Assembly (NCBI GenBank): GCA_964019425.1
Contig: OZ025783.1
Span: 1,550,001-1,614,000 of the forward strand
Origin: Flectonema sp. DT1601
Taxonomy: Eukaryota
Reading direction: 5' to 3'
Length of the DNA stretch: 64,000 nucleotides
In this document: positions 47,591 through 59,772 of the stretch, in pieces
Position numbering within the stretch: the first letter of the stretch is position 1
How the letters are laid out: each line of letters begins with the position of its first letter
Translations under genes and position numbers: made by a program
Notes under the pieces: model-generated
What the model saw: only the letters and a program-made list of their open reading frames with translations
Databases searched by the model: none
What the model was told of the DNA's origin: nothing

Positions 47591-47992
47591 ATGAAAAAAA
47601 AAGTCGGTAGCTGATCCACCCCGACTTGTGAACAAGAAACATATTCTTTGATTGCGAATGGATACATTTCTTTTTTTTAACTTTTTTTGTAATGTTTTTT
47701 TTTTTTTTTTATTCTAGCGAGAAATAAAAAAAAAAAAAAAGAAGAAAAAGAAAAAAACAACTTTGCATTTATTCTATCCCATTTTTTTGTGGAGGTTAGG
47801 CACCCCATAGGCAGTTAATCTGCTCTCCAGCGTCCGTTAGTCAGACCCAAAGGACGGTTGAGGATAGAAACATACAATTCCTCTTAAGTCTGTATTTCTG
47901 TTTCAACATATTTTTATACGAAAAAGTGTTGTATCTTAAGTAGATATGGATATTACTTCATATTCATCACAAGCAACCAGGTAAATCCTAAA

Positions 47993-50991
47993 ATGGATTC
48001 TCTGGTTACGTCAGAAACATGCTGTGAACACAGAAGGTACGTCACAGACTGCGGAGAGTGTCTCAGACCAGACTTAGAAATCGGTCAAACAGTAAAATGT
48101 GCAGATGATGGAACTGGACTCACCACCACCTGGTTTGATGGAATTGTAAGAGGAAGAGAAAGTGGGAGAATATTAGCAGAAGTAGAGCCTTTTGGTGTTG
48201 GTGTTTGGGATAAGATTGCTGCTCGTTATATTCCAAAAACTGAACCTCCTGTGCCAGCAGCCCCAGCTCCAGTACCAAGAATGAAACCAAAAGTTGTTGA
48301 AGAACCTGTTGAGAACCCTCTTCGTATTTCATCTGTTGTGTTTGTAACAAATAATTTAAATGATATTCGACAGTCATTCGAAAAGAAAGGGTGGAGAGCA
48401 TCTCATGCTGTTCTGGCTCAATCAGGTAAACGAGCAGTCGTATCCAATGCTGACTTCAAAGATAAAACATTTCAGTTAGAGTTTACTGACGCTGTTGTTA
48501 AAGGTCAATGGTGGCCTGGGGAACTACTGACCGAAGCTCCAACAAAGTTTGCTGAAATCGATGCTAACCATGAACCTAAAGAGACACCACTACCAGAGCC
48601 AACACCAACACCAATTCCTGAACCTGAAGAGTCAACTGTAGAGAAAGTAGAAACAAAAACACTTCCTCAATCTGATTATGTTGATCCAGTCAGACCTGAA
48701 ACTCGTCTTGCTGTCAGCAAAGCATTAGAAGCTGGTGATGCAGCTGTAGCGATATACACAGCTGATGATAATTCAATTACACTTTGTGGTCATGGTAATC
48801 CGATATTGGAATGTGGGAAATGTCCTCGATTTGATCTCAATATTGGTGACAAGATACGAGCAGCAGAAGCAAAGACATACGTCTGGTTCAGTGGAATAGT
48901 TAAAAGTAAACATGAGTTCGGATATCCTCTTGTTAATGTTGAAGGATTCACTGAAGAGATTTGGGATAAAATAAAACTTGAAGAAGTAAAGAAGACTGAG
49001 GACGACGAAGGATGTCCACACAAACGCCCACTCCACATGTGTGGTCGATGTGTAAGAGAAGATTTACATTTCAATGACGAAGTCAGAGTATCAACTGACG
49101 GAAACACATGGACTCTTGGTAAGGTTGTTGGTAAGAATCAAAGAGGACAACTTAAAGTAGCTCTTCACGGACTATCAGCAGGTTTTGGATATGAATTCAT
49201 TGGACCTAAGGAACCAAAGGTAGTCGAGCAACCACTTCCTTCAACAACAAAACGTTGTAAAGTCCACGATAGACTAATAGACGTCTGTGGTCAATGTATT
49301 AGAATTGATCTAAAGAGAGGTATGAGAGTAAAAGTATCAATGGATGGAGGTGGTCAAGACTCTGCAGTTTTTGACGGAATTGTTTCTTCATCTAACCATT
49401 TGGGTGTTTCAGTTTCAGTTCCTTCATTTGGAGATATGAGTTGGGATAGAGTTTGGTCAGCTGAGTACTCTCGTAAGTTAGATTACACATTCTACCTCCC
49501 TCCTCGTAAAGATAAAGAACAGCAAGACGAACAACTAAAGGAGGAAGGTCCTCCTCCATTTAGTGTTGCAGATGTAACAGCGGGTGATATTATTAACAAA
49601 CAGACATCGATACCTTCAACTCCTACCGAAGGACTCATCGCACCAGCTAAGGTTTCTGGTGTTGGTATTGGAGGTCCAGGAAGCTCCCTAATAGCCGAAT
49701 TGCAAGCAAAACAGAGTTCAACACCGGCAGGCTCGGGAGATAAAGTAAAAAATAGTTCAGGAACACCAACAGGTTCCCCAAACGACGGGTTGATTGCTCC
49801 TGCTAAGGTCACAGGTATCGGGATGGGTGGTCCTGGCAGTTCGCTTCTCGCAGAACTGCAGTCCAAGCAAAAGAGGAGTTCAGAAATGGGAAGCAAACCC
49901 TGCACACCTGCACAGAACAGTCTGACACCCACCTCTTCTCCACAGCCGATAGTTTCGAGTACACCAACTACTCCAAACGACGGGTTGATTGCTCCTGCTA
50001 AGGTCACGGGTGTCGGAATGGGTGGTCCAGGAAGTTCGCTTCTCGCAGAATTACAGTCAAGACAGAAAAAGAGTTCCGCACCACCTTCCCCAGCAACTGA
50101 TAAACCACTTTCGCAGGGGATCATCTCACCTGATCAGCACATCACCACACCTACTTCCTCACCTCTGCAGTCGGAAGTTGTTGATAGTGCGAGAACAGGT
50201 ACCCCAAACGACGGGTTGATTGCTCCTGCTAAGGTCACGGGTGTTGGGATGGGTGGTCCTGGAAGTTCGCTTCTGGCAGAACTGCAGTCCAAGCAGCAAA
50301 AGCAGAGTTCGGAAATGGGAAGCAAACCCTCCACACCTGCACAGAACAGTCTGACGCCCACCTCTCCTCCACAGCCGATAGTTTCTGATGATAAGGTGAA
50401 CACATCAACTACTCCAAATGATGCTCCTGCTGAGGTCACAAGGCAGAGTGGAAGCTCTGCGCCACCCTCACCAGCAGTTAATGAGTTGGTTACTGAAGGG
50501 AGTAAACCTGTCACACCTTCTCTGACTCCGACTTCTACTTCTCTTGTGGTATCTGAAGATAAAGTTCAAATCAATACAATTACCTCATCAAATGAATTGA
50601 TTACTACTACTGTAATAGATCATCATCAGAGTGTAAAACTTGACGGATCAGTTCCGCCGTCTCCAGCAAACGATGGATTGGATGTACAGAAGACGTCAAC
50701 ACCACTCGTAGAAAGCATCTCATCACCGTCAGCATTGGTCACGTCTTCGGAAACAGCTACTCCAGTAGAGCAACCAAGTCAGTCACCCGCAACCACCCCT
50801 CCAACAAAAGGCCTCCCTGTTGAGGTATTGTCGTCGTCGATGCCTATAATTAAAAAGAAACCTAAAAAGGGTGGAAGGCGCGCTCCAACTGCGGTATGTT
50901 CTTTGTTTTTTGTAGGGAAAAAAAAAAAAAGAAAATTTTCATCGCCGTTCACACACAAAATCAAATTAATAAACAGGCACCATTGTCTTAA
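47993..50991 (+). CDS. Repeat-module scaffold protein (exons 47993-50893, 50977-50991)
   Basis: Four CxH...CG.C + beta-barrel-like modules, four GLIAPAKV.G.G.GGPGSSL.AELQ repeats, and terminal KPKKGGRRAPT. Intron gtatgt 50894 to aaacag 50976 gives APLS-stop. Confidence 0.75.
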
Positions 50992-51176
50992 AAAACCAGA
51001 TTGTAAACACTCGTGTGATGTCTTTGCATTTCAAGCTTCTATTGCTCTCCGAGTGTTTTGATATATGTGAGTGATAATGATAAACAACATTCTTTATAAA
51101 GGTTCAACTATGGATGTGTTTTTATTTATCTAATACTATGACTAGGCTAAAAGTTTATTCACAGTTATTCACATAC

Positions 51177-53018
51177 ATGGATATCACTGTTCGACATCTT
51201 GATTGCTGCTACACAATTTCAATCTCGTTGGATGATTCTGTTAGTAATTTAAAGAACAAAATAAATGAAGAAATCGGACTCGATCCGCTTTGGTTTGATG
51301 TTGAATATGAAGGAACTCTGTTAGACATTCGAAAGAATGTATTTAGTTTTGGTATTTCAAGTTCTTCAGAGATTGAAATAGTGATGAATACAAGAAAACA
51401 AGCATTAGAAGCCCTCAAGTCTAAAGGACTAATCCCCCACATCAATACATACGTTAAATGTATATCACATAATGATATCGAAGGTTTGTTAGATTTAATA
51501 GTTTGCAAAGTTGAATTCGGACCAAAAGACAGCTCCACTGCTTACAATGCTCTACGTTCAGCAGTTCTAACAGGAAGGGTTGATCTGTGTAAGGCATTAC
51601 TTCAAGTAGTAAATCCTAAAGTGATAAATAATCAACAAGGTCCTACAATTCTTAATCTTCTCATCGCATTACCGAATGAAGAGAGAACAACAAATGATTC
51701 AATGTGTGCTATTTTCGAACAACTAATTGAGGCAGGGTTCTCAGTACAAGGTACAGCAGAGACTCACATCGGAGCAAGGGAGTGTACAATATTTCACGTG
51801 TTGGCATTAAAGACCGGCGCATCGGAATTGTATTGCAGGTTGGCTAGAATTTTTCACAATGCTGGTGGTGATCCGAATGAAACACTTCGTCAGGCGAACA
51901 CAGCAATTATTGAGGCTTGCAAAACATCTAACTTTCCAATGGTGAAAACTCTCTTTGAGTTGGGTGCTTCTGTTTCTGGTCCTGGAAAGCAGAATGTTCT
52001 TCTCCATACGACTTCACATGATATTCTATTATGGCTGCTTAACAATATTGAATCTGAGCAAAAATCAATCCTTCTAAAATCAAAATGTCCAGCAGGAAAT
52101 ACCCCATTGCATTATGCAGCCAAGAATGGCTCCTTAGAATGTATTCATGCACTGGTACAGCATGGTGCTTCAGTTGAAAACGATAAGTCTCGGCAAACAG
52201 TACTTAATGCTGCTATACAATATGGAGGACCTGAAGTAGTGATGGAGGTATTACGACTTGGTCATCCAATTATTTATTCTGACTCTGTTCAATCCCCTCT
52301 CAGATCAGCATGTACGACAATCATTGGAATGGCTAATGTTGTTAAAGAGATTTTTAGAATAGGTGGAAGCGGAATAGAGAAAGCAAACTTCTGCATTGAC
52401 AACAAACAACGTAAGACTCCTCTTCATTATTTGATGATGTCAGTCTCTGATGTAGATGAGGCTAACGATATTATTAATGTCCTCATAGATAATGGTGCTG
52501 ACATTACTCTACCTGATAGTGATGGAATCACTCCACTTATTCAAGTTTGTTCTAATCCTCAGGCTTCTAAAAGAATGGCTTTCTTATTATCAAAGAATAG
52601 AATATCAGAAACCATATCTACTGCTGATAGCAATGGTAAGACTCCAGTTTATGAAGCAGCAGTACATGCTACTCCTGAAAATTTCGAAAAACTTCTTGAC
52701 ATGGGAGCTGATGTAAATAGTTGTGATAATCGACGGATCTATCCAATCATTAGAATCTTAACACGTCGTGACGGTATCAATGAGCGACTTGTCCGAAAAC
52801 TTCTCAGCTGTGGAGCTGATAAGTTTGTTACCGACAAACATGGGTTCACTCCTCAAAATCATGCAATGAGGGCTGGGTGTGGAATACGTGTTTTTGATCT
52901 ATTGTGCACTAAAGAACGAGAAACCGTTCCAGCAGCGCCGTCACCACCAACTGTGTCCCCTGTGAGAATTGCTGCAGTAGGTGGTGGGCCACCACCTGTT
53001 CCACTGATGAATCACTAA
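51177..53018 (+). CDS. Ubiquitin-like domain + ankyrin repeat protein
   Basis: MDITVRH...DSVSNLKNKI...YEGTLL...FGI ubiquitin-like start; GNTPLHYAAKNG, KTPLHY, GITPL and GKTPVYEAA ankyrins. ATG 51177 follows tttattcacag. Confidence 0.85.
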   Translation: MDITVRHLDCCYTISISLDDSVSNLKNKINEEIGLDPLWFDVEYEGTLLDIRKNVFSFGISSSSEIEIVMNTRKQALEALKSKGLIPHINTYVKCISHNDIEGLLDLIVCKVEFGPKDSSTAYNALRSAVLTGRVDLCKALLQVVNPKVINNQQGPTILNLLIALPNEERTTNDSMCAIFEQLIEAGFSVQGTAETHIGARECTIFHVLALKTGASELYCRLARIFHNAGGDPNETLRQANTAIIEACKTSNFPMVKTLFELGASVSGPGKQNVLLHTTSHDILLWLLNNIESEQKSILLKSKCPAGNTPLHYAAKNGSLECIHALVQHGASVENDKSRQTVLNAAIQYGGPEVVMEVLRLGHPIIYSDSVQSPLRSACTTIIGMANVVKEIFRIGGSGIEKANFCIDNKQRKTPLHYLMMSVSDVDEANDIINVLIDNGADITLPDSDGITPLIQVCSNPQASKRMAFLLSKNRISETISTADSNGKTPVYEAAVHATPENFEKLLDMGADVNSCDNRRIYPIIRILTRRDGINERLVRKLLSCGADKFVTDKHGFTPQNHAMRAGCGIRVFDLLCTKERETVPAAPSPPTVSPVRIAAVGGGPPPVPLMNH

Positions 53019-53606
53019 AATAGTTGAGACCTTTCTTAACTGACTGGCTTTAGTCATTTCGATCCTTCGGTAGTTCCAAAGGAAAATCCGACCTATTCCT
53101 CATTAAGGAACTTTAATTGTTGAATACTGTATGTTCCTAACCTCGTTTTCTATCTTCGGTGTAAACCTCGATTGCCACCTAACTTTCTCCACTAACTAAG
53201 TAACTAACTTTCCCTTCCTCACCCGGAGTTGCGATCCTCCACCAGCAAACCTCTACTCGATAGATCGCACTGATACTTCAAATAATATCTCGGAATAAGA
53301 TACAATTAACCACACAGAACTAGCTTTCCCTAGCCTCTTTACGTCTCTCTCTCTCTCTCTCTCTTCTCTATCTTTTTATTTAATTCTTTGGAACATCACC
53401 AAGCTGGGCTTCCAACAGAATTGAATGTAAATATTGAGGTGCTGTGAGGGACAGTGAGTTTACACTGTCAGGGGGAAGTTGAGAATTTGTATTCTTTCCC
53501 CTTTTTTTTCCCCTTTGATTATTTTGTTTATAAGATAAGTAATTCATCTCTCTTACTACAGCCTTACACGATAAGACCAACACTGAAGAAGGTAGTTAAG
53601 AGGGGA

Positions 53607-54495
53607 ATGCGATTTTCATGGAGATACGGAGCCGTATTTATGATACTAACGATTATGATAATACTTTGGGAGGAACATGGAAAAGCAGCCCTAACTCCGA
53701 GAACACCTCAACTAAAAGTATGCAGAGTCATCCAGAATGATGACTACTCTCCACTAGTATGCAGCCATAGAGGATATCATAAAGCATGGAGTGCTCCTGT
53801 TGGTACTGTTCTGTACCCACCTGGAACTGGTGTTGCTATTGATCAGTCAGTCTCATGGCTTGTAAAAAGAATGGCGATTGTTTGTTTTGACCTTGACTTG
53901 TCTCCAGAAAAAGGTATGACTGCAATCCCTCCCCTTAGTTCTTTAATATAATTGACGACACATATAAACAGGTTCGAATCGTATGATTGTTGGTCATCCT
54001 TCAGAAATCAACAAACATCAGCATCCTATCGAACTTTCAGATTTTGTTAAAAAGACAAACGGTCTCGGAATACTTGAATTGACACTCGAACCAAAAGGTG
54101 TCTTAGCAGACTCAACAAACATAAAACAGATTGTAAAAATATTAGAAAACAGTGACATAAAATCAATCAGACTTGTATTAAACAAACCAGAGGAAATCAA
54201 CAAAATCTCCAGCAATAAAATTGGACTAGCCCTGGGCGTCAGAAGTAATTCTTTTGGTGGAGATGAATCAATTTTGTGTGGAGACATCGCTCCAAAGAAA
54301 GCGATTGTGATGCCACCTATCGAAGTGGTACTTAATTGTCCGTCTTTTAAACATCCAAATGTGAGAGTTTGGAATTGTTTAAATAGAACGATGACTTTAA
54401 ATACGATAAATAAAAACAACAACATCAAGTCAATAATAACTGACTACCCAGCAGCTATCGCTCCCCACTGTGTTGTTATTCCTCAAACTCGGTGA
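53607..54495 (+). CDS. Membrane-anchored glycerophosphodiester phosphodiesterase (GDPD)-like protein (exons 53607-53913, 53972-54495)
   Basis: N-terminal TM anchor, SHRG, FDLDL, IVGH, LEPK, VW, IITDYP. A 58-nt GT-AG intron joins the two ORFs in frame. Confidence 0.8.
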
Positions 54496-54595
54496 TATAT
54501 TTATAGTAGAGCTGTTATTGTAGCTGTTCTTGCATTTTGTTTGGTAGTTTTGTAATTAAAAAGTTTAACTTCCCAACCAGGCCTACTCACAAAAC

Positions 54596-55102
54596 ATGAG
54601 ATCTGTACTCTTTGTGGTGGCATTAATAGCTGCAGTGTTTTTAGGTGTTCAAAGTCAAGAAGATGAGGATTTGATAATCCCATCGGGAATGGGAAAAGTA
54701 AAAGTTCTAAACGACGACACTTTCGAACACCAAACACAAGCAACAACCGGATCGACGACAGGTAACTGGATTGTTTTATTTTGTAAGAATGGTTGCTCTG
54801 CAGAAGACGAGTCAAAATTCGCTAAAACTGCCAAAGATTTTTGGGACGCTGGATTCATTTATGCAAAGTTAGAACCAGGAAAATCTGAAAAAGTTCTTGA
54901 AAGATTCCAAGCATACATGCGTAAGACCCCAATAATTGCAGCAGCACTAGCAAAGGGAAGGATGACGACAACATCAAACATTAAAACCATTGAGATGTGG
55001 ATTGCAACTTTGCAGCCGCAAAAGTTCAAATATTTTATTCCGAAAGAGAAGTCGATCGTCGACGACACCATTAACTGGTTGAGAAACAAGCTTGGATTTT
55101 AA
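54596..55102 (+). CDS. Secretory-pathway thioredoxin-like protein lacking WCGHC
   Basis: Signal peptide; VKVLNDDTFEHQTQATTG.TTG.WIVLF is a PDI/TMX-type Trx start, but the active-site region reads FCKNGCSAED. Confidence 0.7.
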   Translation: MRSVLFVVALIAAVFLGVQSQEDEDLIIPSGMGKVKVLNDDTFEHQTQATTGSTTGNWIVLFCKNGCSAEDESKFAKTAKDFWDAGFIYAKLEPGKSEKVLERFQAYMRKTPIIAAALAKGRMTTTSNIKTIEMWIATLQPQKFKYFIPKEKSIVDDTINWLRNKLGF

Positions 55103-55369
55103 GAAAATACTAATAATTTACAATAATAAGATGAGAGTGCTCGCGGACAAAACTCAGCATTCATAAAGGATAAAAAAAGAAAAGTGTTGCAAATTGTTTC
55201 AAAAAGAAAAGTTCTTTTTAACCTTTTTATGTTCATTCATTACCAATAGACGTCACAATAATTACATTAGAGAAGAGAGAATTGTTTTGTTTATTTGATC
55301 TACGGCATTAAAATACTAAATATTTAATAACTACATTTCTCCAGTCAGGGTGATAACCAGCACGGCACG

Positions 55370-57179
55370 ATGTTAGGAAGTAAACTAATTATACTCGCAG
55401 TGTTCCTGCTGATTACTATTAGCAAGGCATCAGGTGAGGAATGTAAATCCTGTTCGTCAACTTCAAAGGTTTGTTGTAATCCGAGATTGGGTCAAATGTG
55501 CCCAGATGGAACCGAATGCTGTCAGTGTGCTTTTGTTGCTTGTGAATGCGGCGGGAAAATACCTCCAACGCCGCCACCTGCTCCTCCAGTTCGGCCTACT
55601 ATAAAGGGCGATATTATTATTATTGGAATGGGTGCGGCAGGTACCGTACTAGTTGATAAGTTATCGGAATCACTTCCAAACAAATCAATTATTGTTATTG
55701 AGTCTGGTGGGATGGTTTCTGGAAGGGTTTCATCAGAGAAACATCACACCACTCAACCCACAGTCTTTAACTTAAATGGAGTGAACTATACCGCCTCTGA
55801 TATCCCTGGACTGTATCCCTCAATAGCATTTAATCCATTATATGATGATGTTAAACAATCACAGCATCCTTGGACTTGGTTAGGTAAGAGTCTCGGAGGT
55901 AACACGATGTTTAATGGAATGCTTTGGATGGAACCAAGCAGTTCACAGTTTAAAAAGTGGGGAGGTCCCTGGGCTGATGGTTTATCAGCTGAGTTGAGTA
56001 AAGTTAAAGAAACACTTCGAGTCTCTCAAAGACCTTCACCAGATGGTAAATTATACAGTGGTGGAGTTAGTAGTTTAAATCTCTCTCTTGGATTGGAAGG
56101 AGTTCCTTTCACAGCTGTTGCTACTGATGGAGGTAGAAACTCAACACACGCGTACCTTAATCGAATATTACAGAGACCAAATGTTAACATCATTTCTGAT
56201 TGTTCAGTCGATTTCATCGAAGCAGGCTCAAAAACAGTTTCATTCACTTGCAACAGAACACCTAACAATCTCGCTATTGCTAATGATAGAATCATTCTTA
56301 GCGCTGGTACTCTAGGTAGTGCTACTATCCTTCATAAGAGTGGATTAGATCAGCTTATTGCTCCAGTCTCTGATCATGCTGGTGCTGCTGTTGAAGTTGA
56401 GTGTCAGAATACCAATTCTTTTAACTTTAAAGATCTGACTTCTGGCTATGCAAAACAATACATTGATCACGGTACAGGTATGGTTTTAATTTTTATATTA
56501 AAAAAAAAAGATAGTAGAAAAGAACAAGAATATCCAACCTAAACACATAATAGGACCCTTTGCGCAGTACGGACCAGTGTACGTTGATAACGATAGGGGT
56601 TTTGAGATATTCATCAACCCATTCGGAATGTCAAAAGAAAGCTCTAACAAATCAATTGGAATCTACGCCATGTTAATGACACCAAAAGTGAAAGGAGACT
56701 TGCAATTTGATGGAAGTGGAAACACACGTTATCCTAATATTTACCTTCGTGGTTCTGGAAAATGGGCTGCTTTAGGTCAAGAAGACATGATGGCAATGGC
56801 CGGTAATTTCAGTCGTTTTTATGAATCTTTTCTCACAAATAACACGAATTGTATACCGACAGTTGGTCCTGGTAGTCCTCTCACTCCAAACCTAAAGCCA
56901 GGTAGTGTCTCAGATATGATAACATATTTGGGATACGATGTGTCTCCAGGACGTCCTGATGCTCACATCTCTCACTTGATAATGAATCATTTCACGGGAA
57001 CAATTCCTTTGGGAATATCAATCGATCCTAACACTTTAATTTTAAAGGGTTTGAATAACATTCACGTTGCGGATGCTTCAATTATACCCGAGCCTTTGGA
57101 TGCTCATCCTGTGGCTACTGTTATGGCAATCGGATTGAAGGCAGCTGATATTATTCTGAAGCAGATTAAACAATCCTAG
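55370..57179 (+). CDS. Secreted GMC oxidoreductase, cellobiose-dehydrogenase flavin-domain-like (exons 55370-56477, 56554-57179)
   Basis: IIGMGAAG FAD loop, DIPGL, GKSLGGNTMFNG, PSPDGKLY, ILSAG.LGS..IL..SG, VSDH, NHFTGT, VADASIIP. Splicing gives GTGPFAQYGP. Confidence 0.9.
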
Positions 57180-57543
57180 TTAGTGTTCCTTTCTATTTCG
57201 TCAAATCGATTTGTCTGATGTCAGGAGTGGTATTTCCTGTCATTCCAGAGATTCTGTTTTCTCAATGACTCTGCACAATTCTCAGAGAACCACTACTATA
57301 ATCGTCGCTTTACTTATCCAATGATGGGGAACGGCAGCTGCTTCTTCGGACTCGTGGCTTTTCCGATTCCAGCGACAAACGGGATTTAACCGTCAGAAAC
57401 TACCAACGAAATAATTGCTTCTAATCTAACGCGAAGGGAACAACTATTGTTCTTTACCAGATTACTGTATCCACAAATCTGAGACTTGTTATTATAAAAG
57501 ACAATATAAAACTATTTCTCCCAACAGGTGATCCGTAAAAAAT

Positions 57544-57870
57544 ATGGAAAAGATTGAAGAAAAAGCAAGTAGTCTCATAAAGACTCTTACAATACCAGAT
57601 ATAAGAGATAGTCATATGGTCCCCTGTAGAAGGAGACAGTATGCTATTGATGACTTACCAGCAGCTGATTGGCTTTGTTTAGTTTCTGTTTTGAGTGGGA
57701 TTGCTGGGCTAATGATGAAATGGAAGATCTGTTCTTGGCTGGCATTGTTTACAATAATCAGTTCTGTGCTAGACAGTCGCAAGAGCGAACTCGACTTAAA
57801 ACTAACCTGCGTGTGTGGTACCATCAGTACAATGGGAGTTGTGGTAAACCATCTTCCTTACTTCTCATAA
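57544..57870 (+). CDS. WDR83OS: PAT complex subunit Asterix (UPF0139)
   Basis: 108 aa; DD...DW......G..GLMMKWK.CSW.A......S.......D.K pattern with three hydrophobic segments. Confidence 0.8.
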   Translation: MEKIEEKASSLIKTLTIPDIRDSHMVPCRRRQYAIDDLPAADWLCLVSVLSGIAGLMMKWKICSWLALFTIISSVLDSRKSELDLKLTCVCGTISTMGVVVNHLPYFS

Positions 57871-58096
57871 AACAATACATCCAACTCAGTTAAAAGGTAC
57901 TTTCCTATTTAAGTTAATAAAACAACTTTATAAGTTGCATTAACAGCAGCTACACTCGCGTGCTAACATTGTCTGCCTCAAAGTCAGACGTAACAGATAA
58001 TAAGTTTTCTTTAAGTTTTTATTATTATCTGTTTATAATTGATTAATAACTATCTCTGTTGTCACCCCGCAGATAAAACACTGATTGACTGCAAGC

Positions 58097-58357
58097 ATGG
58101 ACAAGCCAACGAATCCAACTTGCCAAGAAGAAGTTCAGTACTGGTATAATTTATGTAAAGCTGGTGGTGAAGATGCTGAGAAAGCAAGTCGAAAACTAAA
58201 ATGTTATTATGAGAACTGTAAGAATCGAGGAGGATCTGATAGTGTTATGTTTAAATGGTGTTGCAGGAGTCATGTTGCTACGTTAGATGCAGCAACTGGA
58301 GAGGAATTAAATGAACTACTTTCTTTATCTGAAAGTTATTTAAAACAAACCAACTAA
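58097..58357 (+). CDS. Small Cys-containing hypothetical protein
   Basis: 86 aa from ATG 58097, downstream of a tcaccccgcag acceptor-like site; coding-like composition. Confidence 0.55.
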   Translation: MDKPTNPTCQEEVQYWYNLCKAGGEDAEKASRKLKCYYENCKNRGGSDSVMFKWCCRSHVATLDAATGEELNELLSLSESYLKQTN

Positions 58358-58462
58358 ACTGGCTGAAAGTCTGTTTGTACTATTCAAATCCATAGAGTTG
58401 TTGGTGTTCTGTTTCTTCTTATTTATGATTTCTTTTGTCTCTACTCAGAAACTTAATTTCAC

Positions 58463-59458
58463 ATGACTGATGTGAAGCAAACAACGCGATATGTTTGTAA
58501 GAAACAATTACCACAAATGTGTCTTAGTCAAGTTTTCATTGACATACCAGCAGTACCTGAACGAGTTGTATTCGTTGAGGTCAGTGAGATCGATACAGTG
58601 GAGGAAGTATTAAGGAAAAGTATTGACAAGGTGATCTCAGCTGGGATCAAAATCCCCAAGAGCGATACTCGATTTTATAATTTGAGAGCTGCCAACGGGT
58701 TTGGAAAAATTGCCGAAGATGCTTCTGAATTAGAAAAAGATGAGTCTTTTAGAGAGCAGTTAGTGTTTCCCTTTATGGTTATATTATCACTCGATAAACA
58801 GCAGATTGCAGCAGAACAAAAATCTGATTTTGAAAAACACTGTGAACTTCAGAGACAGATCTACTGCGAACTGAACAGTAAACGCGCTGAGAGTGAACAA
58901 CGACTTTCACAAAAACGACAAGAGCAGGAGATTCGATCCCTTAGGAAATGTCAGGAAATGGTTGCCTTGCACATCCAACATAGAAACCAAATCTCATCTC
59001 GCGAGGCTCCCACTGCCCCAGGTCGAGAAGCTCTTTTGGCAGAAAGTCGGAGGAAGAAAGAAAGTCGCTTGAAAGAAGAACTCAGAGAGAAAGAACAGCA
59101 CCTCCAACTTATAAAAGAACAAGTTACTGAACTGCGTTCACTAACTGATACTGAAGAGCTCTCTCGTATAGAACTTGTTAAGTCAGAACATTTCTTATTT
59201 GATGAAATTGAATTACGACATCGGAAGAGAACTTTTCACTGGAAACGTTCATCATGGAAAAAATCACATCTTAACAACATCGCTGTTAATATTAAAACAG
59301 CTATTGAAGAATCTCGACGAAGAGCTGATTGTAAAGAAACTGTGAAGGCAACTCGTAGAGAAAACAAAAACAAAGAACGAACTGCTTTAACTGAAGCGTT
59401 CAACTCTCTTCGATATCCGTCTTACGAAACAGAACTTTCTTTAGACAACATGATATAA
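58463..59458 (+). CDS. Hypothetical coiled-coil protein
   Basis: 331-aa ORF with an E/K/R/Q-rich helical C-terminal two-thirds. Confidence 0.7.
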   Translation: MTDVKQTTRYVCKKQLPQMCLSQVFIDIPAVPERVVFVEVSEIDTVEEVLRKSIDKVISAGIKIPKSDTRFYNLRAANGFGKIAEDASELEKDESFREQLVFPFMVILSLDKQQIAAEQKSDFEKHCELQRQIYCELNSKRAESEQRLSQKRQEQEIRSLRKCQEMVALHIQHRNQISSREAPTAPGREALLAESRRKKESRLKEELREKEQHLQLIKEQVTELRSLTDTEELSRIELVKSEHFLFDEIELRHRKRTFHWKRSSWKKSHLNNIAVNIKTAIEESRRRADCKETVKATRRENKNKERTALTEAFNSLRYPSYETELSLDNMI

Positions 59459-59772
59459 GCATAAACATCATGTTTTCTTTTCGTTTGCGAGTGCTGCTGC
59501 TGTTTTGCTCCCTAGCTTTTCTTCTTACTTTATTAAATATAATGAATACCCAGTATTAATTCTTGTTTGATTATTGGTTTCTTATTTACACCTTTTTTTT
59601 TATTATTATTATTATTTTGAGAACTCATGTAAATGATGTTCTTTTTTTAGTACACTTTCTTGGTTATTGTTTTGTAGATTTTTATCTATTTATTTATTTC
59701 CTTTTCACAGCAGGCGGCAACAGCAGTCCTCAGGGACTGGGCCCAGAGGGGGGTGGGCCTCAACCAGCAACC

